Source: Planctomycetota bacterium
GTDB lineage: Bacteria > Planctomycetota > UBA1135
Length of the DNA stretch: 64,000 nucleotides
Assembly: GCA_003696625.1 (NCBI GenBank)
Contig: RFGR01000151.1
Location: 929-64,928 of the forward strand
Direction of reading: 5' to 3'
Below the pieces are notes generated by a model, which was given only the letters and a program-made list of their open reading frames with translations, had not been told where the DNA came from and searched no databases. Positions 1 to 7,154 of the stretch are shown here, in pieces; position 1 is the stretch's first letter; the number at the start of each line of letters is the position of its first letter. The position numbers and the translations under genes were made by a program.

Positions 1-319
1 CCCGGGTCACCTCGGCGGCGAAGCGCTCGCGGTCGACCGCCAGGGCCTGGCCCGCCGGTACCGCCGTGGCCTCGGCGATGGCGAGGAGTCGCGAGCCGAG
101 CGCCCGCAGCTCGGCCTGGAGGACCCCTCCGGCCCGGTCGGGGAGGCACGACCCCAGGGAGTTGCTGCAGACCAGTTCGGCGCAGGCGTCGCTGCGGTGG
201 GCCGGCGTCGGCACCGTCGGCCGCATCTCGTAGAGCCGGACCGGGAAGCCGGCCTCGGCGATCTGCCAGGCGGCTTCCGAGCCTGCCAGGCCAGCGCCGA
301 CGACGGGGACGGGGTCCAT
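1..319 (-). CDS. trmFO: Methylenetetrahydrofolate--tRNA-(uracil-5-)-methyltransferase TrmFO, N-terminal fragment (gene continues past window start)
   Basis: My reverse-strand translation from ATG 319-317 reads [56 protein letters not shown]...[14 protein letters not shown]. This shows the FAD GxGxxG fold plus the YEMRP and ELVCSNSLG blocks typical of TrmFO/Gid. The 1194-aa track ORF ending at 319 is a different, spurious frame. Confidence 0.8.
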   Translation of the reverse strand, partial: MDPVPVVGAGLAGSEAAWQIAEAGFPVRLYEMRPTVPTPAHRSDACAELVCSNSLGSCLPDRAGGVLQAELRALGSRLLAIAEATAVPAGQALAVDRERFAAEVTR

Positions 320-368
320 CAGGGTCCGAGCAGGCCCACCGGGGCGGGGGCGGCCGGGGAAAGAGCCC

Positions 369-374
369 TAGAAT
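369..374 (+). promoter_or_regulatory. Candidate -10 element TAGAAT upstream of the DUF4139-like gene
   Basis: Exact TAGAAT in the 92-nt intergenic region, 37 nt upstream of ATG 412. The same word recurs at promoter-like positions across the window. Confidence 0.4.
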
Positions 375-411
375 AGCCCCTCCGTGCCGCCGCCGGCACC
401 CTCTTCGCGCC

Positions 412-2085
412 ATGTTCGCCCCCGCCTGGTTCCTTTCCCTCGCTCCGGCCTTCGCCTTTCCCCAGGAGCCCGCCGGGCCGGAGCCGACCGACTCGGTCCT
501 GGACCGGGTCACGGTCTATGCCGGCCGCGCCCTGGTCGAGCGCGCCTTCTCGATCGAGGCCGGCGAGCCGGGGCCGCTGTCGGTTGAGATCGGACCGCTG
601 CCGCTCGGCCTCGACCCGGGCTCCTTTCAGGTCCGGGTCGAGGAGGGCCGGGGGGTGATCCAGGGGGTGGAACCGCGGCTGGTCACGGGTGACGCTCTGG
701 AGGGAGGCGAGCGGGACCGTCTGCGGGGCGAACTCGCCGAGCTGCGCCGGAAGCGGCGGGATCTGGACGCGGACAAGGCCTCGATCGACGCCGGCCGGGC
801 CATGGTCGATTCCCTGGTCGCCGGCCTGGCCGGGGTGGACGCCGTCTCCTCCCTCGGCGAGGGCGCCGAGGCCGGCGGCCTGGAGGGCCTGTTCGCTTTC
901 GTCCGTGCCCGCAGCGCCGAGCTGGACCGGGAACTGGCCGCCTACGAGGCCGAGCGGGACCGCCTCGAGGCCCGGATCGAGGAAGTCGAACGCCGGCTCG
1001 GCGGCGGCGACGGCGAGCTGCGCCGCTACTACCTGGGCCGGGTTCAGGTCTGGGCCGAGGCCGCCGGCCCGATCCGGCTGCGGGCCACCTATCTGGTCAG
1101 CGGCGCGAGCTGGACGCCGGCCTACGACGTCCGCGTCGCCCCCGACCTGACCGGCGTGACCGTCGGCCTGGTCGCCGAGGTCGCCCAGCGCAGCGGCGAG
1201 GACTGGACGGACGCCGAGGTCCTTCTCAGCACCTCGACCCCCAGCGTCGGCCTGGATCCGCCGTCCCTGCCGCTGCGGGTGTTCGAGCCGCTGGCCGCCG
1301 GGACCCCGGCCGCGGCCTACGGTCGGGTCGAGGATTCCAGTCGCCGCGGTCTCGAGAGCGAAGGCCTCGCCCTGGCCGACCAGGCCCGCCTCGGCGAGGC
1401 GTTCCAGCCGGCCCCCGAGACCCAGGTCGAGGACCTCGGCATCACCGCTCTGTTCCGACTGCCGGACCGGAAGACGATCCGCAGCGACGGCGAGACCTAT
1501 CGCTTCCACCTGCGGGAAGTGCCGCTCGAGGTCCGGCCCGAGCGCTACGTCGTGCCCTCGCGCAGCGACAAGGCCTATCTTCGGGCCGAGGTTCGGTTGG
1601 CCGGGGACACCCCGCTGCTGCCTGGAACCGCCCGGATCTTCCTCGGCCCCGACTTCCTCGGCACCTCGCAGTTCCCGGTGCTTCGGCCCGGCGACAGCAC
1701 CCGGATCCACCTCGGCATCGATCCCAATCTCAGCGTCGCCCTCGAGGTGGTCCGCGACGAGCGCGACGACCCGGGCCTTCTCAGCTCGACGGTGACGATC
1801 TCCCGCGTCTTCCGGGCCCGCCTCAAGCTCAGCGCCGCCGCGCCGGCCCCGGTGACCGTCCTGGTCGAGGAGGCCCTGCCGGTGAGCCGAGGTGGTGGCA
1901 TCGAGGTCCGGCCGGTGGAACTGCGCCCGGCGCCGCTCCGCTCGGACGAGGACCTGCGGGACCAGAAGGAGCGCGGCCGCTACCGCTGGCGCTTGAGCCT
2001 CGCCCCGGGCCAGGGGATGAACGTCTACTGGGGCTACGAGGTCGACTTCGACGAGGATCTGGAGCCGGTGCTCGTCGAGCACTAG
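412..2085 (+). CDS. DUF4139/DUF4140-type protein (MuiA-like family), probably exported
   Basis: 557-aa ATG ORF with GC-rich third positions. It has a hydrophobic N-terminus (FAPAWFLSLAPAFAF) and a central coiled-coil (ELAELRRKRRDLDADK). The block YLVSGASWTPAYDVRV resembles the W-x-P-x-YD signature I associate with DUF4139 proteins. Confidence 0.7.
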   Translation: MFAPAWFLSLAPAFAFPQEPAGPEPTDSVLDRVTVYAGRALVERAFSIEAGEPGPLSVEIGPLPLGLDPGSFQVRVEEGRGVIQGVEPRLVTGDALEGGERDRLRGELAELRRKRRDLDADKASIDAGRAMVDSLVAGLAGVDAVSSLGEGAEAGGLEGLFAFVRARSAELDRELAAYEAERDRLEARIEEVERRLGGGDGELRRYYLGRVQVWAEAAGPIRLRATYLVSGASWTPAYDVRVAPDLTGVTVGLVAEVAQRSGEDWTDAEVLLSTSTPSVGLDPPSLPLRVFEPLAAGTPAAAYGRVEDSSRRGLESEGLALADQARLGEAFQPAPETQVEDLGITALFRLPDRKTIRSDGETYRFHLREVPLEVRPERYVVPSRSDKAYLRAEVRLAGDTPLLPGTARIFLGPDFLGTSQFPVLRPGDSTRIHLGIDPNLSVALEVVRDERDDPGLLSSTVTISRVFRARLKLSAAAPAPVTVLVEEALPVSRGGGIEVRPVELRPAPLRSDEDLRDQKERGRYRWRLSLAPGQGMNVYWGYEVDFDEDLEPVLVEH

Positions 2086-2232
2086 GCAGCGGTGTGGGGT
2101 GGGGGCCGGCCCAGCCGGCCGGTCCCGGACCCGGGCGGGGAGATGGGGGCCGAGACCGCCTCCGGGTCCGCCGCGGGGAGCGGCCCTGCCGCCCCCCCCC
2201 GACCGCCGCGCCCTCGGCTTCTCGTTTCGAGG

Positions 2233-2238
2233 TATTCT
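2233..2238 (+). promoter_or_regulatory. Candidate -10 element TATTCT, 6 nt upstream of ATG 2245 (leaderless-type arrangement)
   Basis: The sequence gaggTATTCTggggccATG has a TANNNT hexamer with no Shine-Dalgarno between it and the start codon. Confidence 0.4.
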
Positions 2239-2244
2239 GGGGCC

Positions 2245-3909
2245 ATGGTGTTCAGTCTCCTTCTTCCCCTCTGCGCTCCGGCGTTCCTGCCCCAGGTCGA
2301 GGTCCGCGAGCGGGTCGTGATCGGTCCCGAGGGCGACCGCGTGGTCGAGGAGGTGCGCGACGCCGGCGGCTGGGTCGTGGTCGGCTCGCCGAGCGCCGGC
2401 TTGCGGACCGTGAAGGCGCCGCGCTGGCGGGTGGACGACAACGGTCAGGCCTGGATCGCGGAGACCGTCGCCGTCGGCGATTCGGGCGCGGCCGTGATCG
2501 CCGGCAAGGGCCTGAACAACGAGGGGGTCGCCGCCTTCCCGGGCGTCGATCCGCAGCCCCTGTTCGACTTCTCCACCCTCGGCTCGGAGGCCCCGCAGGT
2601 GGCGCTGGCCGATCGGGCTCCGGTCGCGGCGGCCTTGGTCGCCACCGACATGGACCCGGGCAGCGGCTACGACTACGAGGGGGTGCTGCGGGTCTGGGAC
2701 ACGATGGCCGGCGGCGCCGTCGACTGGAGCTACACCTTCCCGCGCACCGCCAACTACTTCGGTGGCGGCGCGGCGGTGAGCGACGACGGCTCGATCGTGC
2801 TGGCCTGGAAGGCCGACCCGAACACCGGCAGCCTGCTCGTCCGCACCTTCGACCGGGCCGGCAATCTGCTGGCCAGCGGCGCCCTGGCCAGCGGCACCAG
2901 CTTCCACGCCCGCCAGGCCCGACTGAGCGACGACGGCCGCCGGGCCTACTTCAACATCGGCTCCGAGGCGGTGATCTACGACACCCTGAACGGGGTCGAG
3001 GAGTACCGCCACAACATCGGCGCCTCGTTCGACGCCCACGCCCTGTCCGGGGACGGCAAGCGCTTCGCCTACGGGCAGTTCGGCTACTTCCGGGTCTACG
3101 AGGAGACCTCGCCGGGGAACTGGACCCTGAAGGTCCACCGCTCCTTCGCCGGTTCGGTTTACGTCGGCGCGGTCGCCCTCGACCGCGACGGCAGCCACTG
3201 CGCCTTCCTGGTCCAGCGATACTCGCCGGCCATGGACCACATCGAGGTGGGGGTGCACGACGTCGACGCCGACGTCGGGGTGTTCCTCGAGGCCTGGGAC
3301 GCTCCGGGGACCGCCTATCAGCTCAGCGGCCGCGACGCCGCCCTCGACGACGCCGGCGAGCGGGCCGCCTTCTGCTCCTGGGGCGACTCCCTGAACGCCG
3401 TCCCCGAGGGTCTGGTCTACGACGTCGCCGCCGGCGTCCTGAGCTGCAGTCTGGACAGCCCCGGATCCGCCTACGACCTCGATCTCGACCCCGACGGCGA
3501 CGTGTTCGTGATGGGAACCAAGGCCGTGCACGCGAACGTCTTCGGCAACGGTGGCAGCATCTTCTGCGCCGACGCCGGCGACCAGAACCTGCACGTGCTC
3601 GGCTGGCCCGTCGCCGGCGGCGCCCTCACCCTGCAGGTGCCGGACGTGGGCGGTTCGGTGGTCTTCGGCGCCTCCCGCGGCCTGTTGCCGGCGCCGCTGC
3701 CGACCGCCTTCGGCCTGCTCGAGATCGACCGCAACGCCCTGGCCTGGCAGTCGCCGCCGATCCTGGTGCCGCCCGGAGGCCTGAGCTACCCGGTCAGTGT
3801 GCCGCCCGGCCCGGGAACCGCCGGCCGCGATTTCCACCTGCAGGCCCTGATCGTCCTGACGATCGGCAACCAGCTCACGAACAAGGTCAGCCTCCGGGTC
3901 CACCCCTAG
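2245..3909 (+). CDS. Secreted beta-propeller-like repeat protein (PD40/TolB-like blades) with a C-terminal beta-sandwich-like module; function unknown
   Basis: I place the start at ATG 2245 (signal-like MVFSLLLPLCAPAFLPQ) rather than the track GTG at 2092. Repeats VSDDGSIVLAW, LSDDGRRAYF, LSGDGKRFAY, LDRDGSHCAF and LDPDGDVFVM suggest propeller blades. The last ~105 aa resemble the C-terminus of the 10299-11195 protein. Confidence 0.6.
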   Translation: MVFSLLLPLCAPAFLPQVEVRERVVIGPEGDRVVEEVRDAGGWVVVGSPSAGLRTVKAPRWRVDDNGQAWIAETVAVGDSGAAVIAGKGLNNEGVAAFPGVDPQPLFDFSTLGSEAPQVALADRAPVAAALVATDMDPGSGYDYEGVLRVWDTMAGGAVDWSYTFPRTANYFGGGAAVSDDGSIVLAWKADPNTGSLLVRTFDRAGNLLASGALASGTSFHARQARLSDDGRRAYFNIGSEAVIYDTLNGVEEYRHNIGASFDAHALSGDGKRFAYGQFGYFRVYEETSPGNWTLKVHRSFAGSVYVGAVALDRDGSHCAFLVQRYSPAMDHIEVGVHDVDADVGVFLEAWDAPGTAYQLSGRDAALDDAGERAAFCSWGDSLNAVPEGLVYDVAAGVLSCSLDSPGSAYDLDLDPDGDVFVMGTKAVHANVFGNGGSIFCADAGDQNLHVLGWPVAGGALTLQVPDVGGSVVFGASRGLLPAPLPTAFGLLEIDRNALAWQSPPILVPPGGLSYPVSVPPGPGTAGRDFHLQALIVLTIGNQLTNKVSLRVHP

Positions 3910-3970
3910 GCCTCGGCCGGGCGCCGGCGGCGGCTGCCCCGGGCGGCGCGGCGGTTTGCCGCCGCCCGCC

Positions 3971-3976
3971 TAGAAT
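3971..3976 (+). promoter_or_regulatory. Candidate -10 element TAGAAT, 9 nt upstream of the gltX ATG
   Basis: The sequence gccTAGAATcccgccgccATG has no SD-like purine run between the hexamer and the start. Confidence 0.45.
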
Positions 3977-3985
3977 CCCGCCGCC

Positions 3986-5461
3986 ATGTCGCCCGGCTCC
4001 CCGCCCCGCGTCCGCTTCGCCCCGTCCCCGACCGGCCGGCTCCACGTCGGCGGCGCCCGCACCGCGCTCTTCAACTGGGCCTTCGCGCGCCGGCACGGTG
4101 GGGTCTTCGTGCTGCGGATCGAGGACACCGACCAGGAGCGGAACTCCGCGGCCTCCCTGCGCTCGATCCTGGACAGCCTGCGCTGGCTCGGGCTGGACTG
4201 GGACGAGGGTCCGGAGAAGGGCGGGGACGCCGGCCCCTACTTCCAGTCCCAGCGCCAAGACCGCTACCGGGAGGCGGCCCGGCGCGGCCTGGAGGAGGGC
4301 TGGCTCTATCGCTGCTTCTGCCCGCCGGCGCGGGTGGCGGCCCTGAAGGAGGAACAGCGGGCGGCCAGGAGTTCGGCGATCGGCTACGACCGCCGCTGCC
4401 GCGGCCTCGACCGGGCCGAGGCCGAGCGGCGGGCCGCCGCCGGCGAGGCCCACGTCCTGCGCTTCGCGGTTCCGGCCGGCGAAGAGATCGTCGTCCGCGA
4501 CCACATCCGCGGTCGGGTCCGCTTCCGCAGCGAGGAGGTCGAGGACTGGGTCGCCGTTCGGAGCGGCGGCATGCCGACCTACAACTTCGTCTGCGCCTTG
4601 GACGACGCGGCGATGGCGATCAGCCACGTCATCCGCGGCGAGGAGCACCTGGCGAACACGCCGAAGCAGCTCCTGCTCTGCCGCGCCCTCGGTCTGCCCG
4701 AGCCGGAGTTCGCCCACGTGCCGCTGATCCTCGGCGCCGACGGGCGCAAGCTGAGCAAGCGGACCGGTGACACGGCGATCGAGGACTACCGGGCCAAGGG
4801 CTACCCGGCCCCGGCGATGTTCAACTTCCTCGGCCTGCTCGGCTTTGCGATCGACGACCGCACCGACCGGTTCACGCCCGAGGAGTTCGTGGCCGCCTTC
4901 GACCTCGGGCGGATCAACAAGGCCGGCGCCGTCTTCGATCTCGACCGGCTGCACTGGCTCTGCGGCGAGTACCTGCGGGCGACGCCGCCGGCCGAACTGG
5001 CGCCCCGGCTCCGGCCCTGGCTGGCGGAGGCCGGGATCGTCGGCCCGGCGACGTCGGAGGAGTGGTTGGAGCGCTTCGCCGCCGCCTTCCGCGAGCGCCT
5101 GCGGCTCTACGGCGATGCCGCCGTCCAGGGCGCCTTCCTGCGGCCCGGCGGCGCCGACCGGCCGGACGCCAAGGCGACCGCCGCCTTGGCCGCCCCCGAG
5201 ACCGGTCGGGTCCTGGCGGCGGCGGCCGAGCGTTTGGAGCAGGCCGAGGTCTTTCCACCGGCCGACTTCGACTCCTGGGCGCGGGAGCTGGCGTCCGCGC
5301 TCGGTCTCGGCATGGGCAAGGTGATGAAGCCGCTGCGGGCCGCCCTCAGCGGCACCCTCGGCGGTCCTCCGGTCGGGGAGATCCTCGGCCTGCTCGGCCG
5401 GGAGCGGGCCCTCGGCCGGCTGCGGCGGGCGGCCGGTCGGCTCAGTCCGCCTTCGCCTTGA
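3986..5461 (+). CDS. gltX: Glutamate--tRNA ligase
   Basis: 491 aa. RVRFAPSPTGRLHVGGARTALFNW is a HIGH-type motif. RIEDTDQERN and a KLSKR (KMSKS-type) motif are also present, consistent with a class I GluRS. Confidence 0.95.
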   Translation: MSPGSPPRVRFAPSPTGRLHVGGARTALFNWAFARRHGGVFVLRIEDTDQERNSAASLRSILDSLRWLGLDWDEGPEKGGDAGPYFQSQRQDRYREAARRGLEEGWLYRCFCPPARVAALKEEQRAARSSAIGYDRRCRGLDRAEAERRAAAGEAHVLRFAVPAGEEIVVRDHIRGRVRFRSEEVEDWVAVRSGGMPTYNFVCALDDAAMAISHVIRGEEHLANTPKQLLLCRALGLPEPEFAHVPLILGADGRKLSKRTGDTAIEDYRAKGYPAPAMFNFLGLLGFAIDDRTDRFTPEEFVAAFDLGRINKAGAVFDLDRLHWLCGEYLRATPPAELAPRLRPWLAEAGIVGPATSEEWLERFAAAFRERLRLYGDAAVQGAFLRPGGADRPDAKATAALAAPETGRVLAAAAERLEQAEVFPPADFDSWARELASALGLGMGKVMKPLRAALSGTLGGPPVGEILGLLGRERALGRLRRAAGRLSPPSP

Positions 5462-6533
5462 GGGCGGCCTCGACCGCGGCCCGGAGCCGACGGCCGTGGA
5501 GATTGCGGCCGACGATGCGTCCGTCCCGCCCGATCAGATAGGCGCCGGGCGGCGCCTTGACCGTGAACAACCGGGGCAGCGGCCCTTCCATGCCCTTGCC
5601 GTCCCAGATCACCGGCCAGGTCACGCCGTGGCGGGCGATCGCCTTCTTGAGGTCGTCGGCCGAGAACAGGCGGGGCAGGAAGTGCTGGCCCTGGGCCTTG
5701 AGGCGCTCCTGGTCCTCCCGGGTGACGTGCGGGTCCACGTTCACCGAGAGCACCCGGAGACCGGACGCGGCGTAGGCGGCGACCAGCTCCTTGACCTGCG
5801 GGATCAGGGACAAGCTCGGCCCGTTGATCGCGGACCAGAAGAACACGAGGACGACCTGGCCGCGGTAGGCGGACAGCGACTGGGTCCGGCCGGAGAAGTC
5901 GACGGCTTCGAACTCGGGCGCCGGGGTGCCTGGAACCAGGCGTCGGAGTTCCGGCAGCTCCCGCAGCCGCTCGAGGATCCGGGTTCGCTCCGGCAGCTCG
6001 GTGCCGGCCACCTCGCGCAGGACCGCTTCGGCCTCGTCGAGCCGGTCGAGCCGGATCAGGGCCTCGGCGTAGCGCAGGCCGACCCGCGGCACGTTCAGGA
6101 ACACCCCCGGGATCGGCTGGTCGGTGCGGCCGCGGACCCCCTGCCAGACCCGCCCGTAGGTCTCCACTCCCTCCTCGGGACGGTCGAGCACCCGGGACTG
6201 GATCTGGCCGACGGTCATCAGCGCCTGCCAGCCGGCCCAGGTGCCGTGGTGTTTCCGCTCCAGCTCGAGGAGGTCGTCCCGGTACTGTTCGAACCAGGCC
6301 CGGGCTTCGTCCGGATCCTTCGGCGTCCGGCCTTTGCGACCGGCGACGTAGGCGTCGATCTCGGCCAGAGCGGCCTTCTCCCGCTCCAAGTCCACCTCGC
6401 TCTCCTGGTTCGAAGGCGCCGGCGCCACCGAGGTCCGGTCGAGCGGTTCTTCGGTCACTTGGCCGGCGAGGGGCGGCAGGGCGAGCACGGCGGCGAGCAG
6501 CGACAAGCCGCGGCGGTGGAGAGGTCCGGACAT
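5442..6533 (-). CDS. TlpA/ResA-like thioredoxin-fold protein lacking the CxxC active site, with an N-terminal helical (TPR-like) region; exported
   Basis: 363 aa with a signal-like N-terminus. The C-terminal segment PEFEAVDFSGRTQSLSAYRGQVVLVFFWSAINGPSL aligns to the FWATWCGPC region of TlpA-type proteins, but here it reads INGPS. I see no Cys anywhere in the translation. The 3' end overlaps gltX by 20 nt (convergent). Confidence 0.75.
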   Translation of the reverse strand: MSGPLHRRGLSLLAAVLALPPLAGQVTEEPLDRTSVAPAPSNQESEVDLEREKAALAEIDAYVAGRKGRTPKDPDEARAWFEQYRDDLLELERKHHGTWAGWQALMTVGQIQSRVLDRPEEGVETYGRVWQGVRGRTDQPIPGVFLNVPRVGLRYAEALIRLDRLDEAEAVLREVAGTELPERTRILERLRELPELRRLVPGTPAPEFEAVDFSGRTQSLSAYRGQVVLVFFWSAINGPSLSLIPQVKELVAAYAASGLRVLSVNVDPHVTREDQERLKAQGQHFLPRLFSADDLKKAIARHGVTWPVIWDGKGMEGPLPRLFTVKAPPGAYLIGRDGRIVGRNLHGRRLRAAVEAALKAKAD

Positions 6534-6540
6534 GACCAGG

Positions 6541-6546
6541 ATTCTA
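6541..6546 (-). promoter_or_regulatory. Candidate -10 element TAGAAT (minus strand), 7 nt upstream of ATG 6533
   Basis: The minus strand reads ccgTAGAATcctggtcATG. Confidence 0.45.
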
Positions 6547-6623
6547 CGGCCGGTCCGGTCTTCCGCTTGAGCCGCTCTCAGATGGAAGCCGGTCCGGCTC
6601 TGGCTTCCGCGGCGGCACCCCGC

Positions 6624-6629
6624 TAGAAT
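6624..6629 (+). promoter_or_regulatory. Candidate -10 element TAGAAT for tRNA-Met
   Basis: Exact TAGAAT 33 nt upstream of the tRNA 5' end. I see no convincing -35 element. Confidence 0.4.
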
Positions 6630-6662
6630 CCTGCCCCTCGCCGACGGCGATCGCCGGTGAGC

Positions 6663-6739
6663 GGCGGAGTAGCTCAGTTGGTTAGAGCAGCGGAATCATA
6701 ATCCGCGTGTCGGGGGTTCGAGTCCCTCCTCCGCTACCA
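6663..6739 (+). tRNA. tRNA-Met (anticodon CAT), elongator type; could alternatively be lysidine-modified tRNA-Ile2
   Basis: Cloverleaf read by eye. Acceptor stem GGCGGAG/CTCCGCT (G1-U72). D arm GCTC-AGTTGGTTA-GAGC. Anticodon arm GCGGA-ATCATAA-TCCGC. T arm GGGGG-TTCGAGT-CCCTC. CCA is encoded. It lacks the GGG:CCC anticodon stem of initiator tRNAs. Confidence 0.85.
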
Positions 6740-6745
6740 GACGAA

Positions 6746-6778
6746 CGGCCCCGGTGCCTCGCTCCGGCCCCGGGGCCG
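6746..6778. terminator. Possible bidirectional hairpin between tRNA-Met and the convergent 97-aa ORF
   Basis: CGGCCCCGG (6746-6754) is complementary to CCGGGGCCG (6770-6778), with a 15-nt loop. There is no U tract. Confidence 0.3.
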
Positions 6779-6793
6779 CTTCGCTGCCCGCCC

Positions 6794-7087
6794 TCAGGAC
6801 TTCACGATCTCGGTCTCGAGGTCGGCGACGCCGGCGACCGAGTCCCAATTCGGCACAGGGGTGACCTGGATCCGACAAGCGCTGTCGCCGCAGTCCACCG
6901 GGTTGGAGACGGCCGGGGTGTTGCTCAGGTTCGGCTGCTGGGAGGTGCCGGCGGCCCCGTCGTGGAAGGTGATCGTGGCCGAACCGGACTCTCCCTGCGG
7001 CGGCCGGGCGAGGCGGAGGGAGAAGGTGACGGAGCAGCCCTGGCCGTCGGCGGTGAGTTCGGTGTAGTCGTCGAGTCGGTTCGGCAT
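6794..7087 (-). CDS. Hypothetical 97-aa protein
   Basis: ATG ORF MPNRLDDYTELTADGQGCSV...CGDSACRIQVTPVPNWDSVAGVADLETEIVKS with GC-rich third positions, three Cys and no signal peptide. It has its own upstream TAGAAT (7141-7136). I recognise no family. Confidence 0.5.
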   Translation of the reverse strand: MPNRLDDYTELTADGQGCSVTFSLRLARPPQGESGSATITFHDGAAGTSQQPNLSNTPAVSNPVDCGDSACRIQVTPVPNWDSVAGVADLETEIVKS

Positions 7088-7135
7088 GATGAGAGTCCTG
7101 GATTGGGAATCGCCCCGCCCGGGGCGGGCGAACCG

Positions 7136-7141
7136 ATTCTA
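7136..7141 (-). promoter_or_regulatory. Candidate -10 element TAGAAT (minus strand) upstream of the 97-aa ORF
   Basis: The minus strand reads ctcggcTAGAATcggtt, 13 nt after the stop of the sigma-fusion gene and 48 nt before ATG 7087. A GC hairpin (~7102-7121) lies in between. Confidence 0.4.
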
Positions 7142-7154
7142 GCCGAGCGACGGT

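Noticed and set aside
384-587. GTG ORF (67 aa) starting exactly 9 nt after the TAGAAT at 369-374, the spacing seen for leaderless genes
   Set aside because: It is out of frame with, and overlapped by, the well-supported DUF4139-like gene (ATG 412). Its translation is Pro/Arg/Gly junk.
2092-2244. Upstream GTG start (track ORF 2092..3909) for the beta-propeller protein
   Set aside because: The extra 51 residues are Gly/Pro/Arg-rich and precede a clean signal-like peptide at ATG 2245. That ATG also has a TATTCT hexamer 6 nt upstream.
319-3903. 1194-aa minus-strand ORF spanning the DUF4139-like and beta-propeller genes
   Set aside because: The translation is Arg/Gly/Pro/Ala/Asp-rich low-complexity text, antisense to two well-supported plus-strand genes. 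It is a typical artefact of stop-codon depletion in high-GC DNA.
5442-6533. Selenoprotein interpretation of the Cys-less thioredoxin-fold gene (selB is in the window)
   Set aside because: The reading frame is continuous through the active-site region (INGPS), with no in-frame TGA, so Sec cannot replace the missing Cys.
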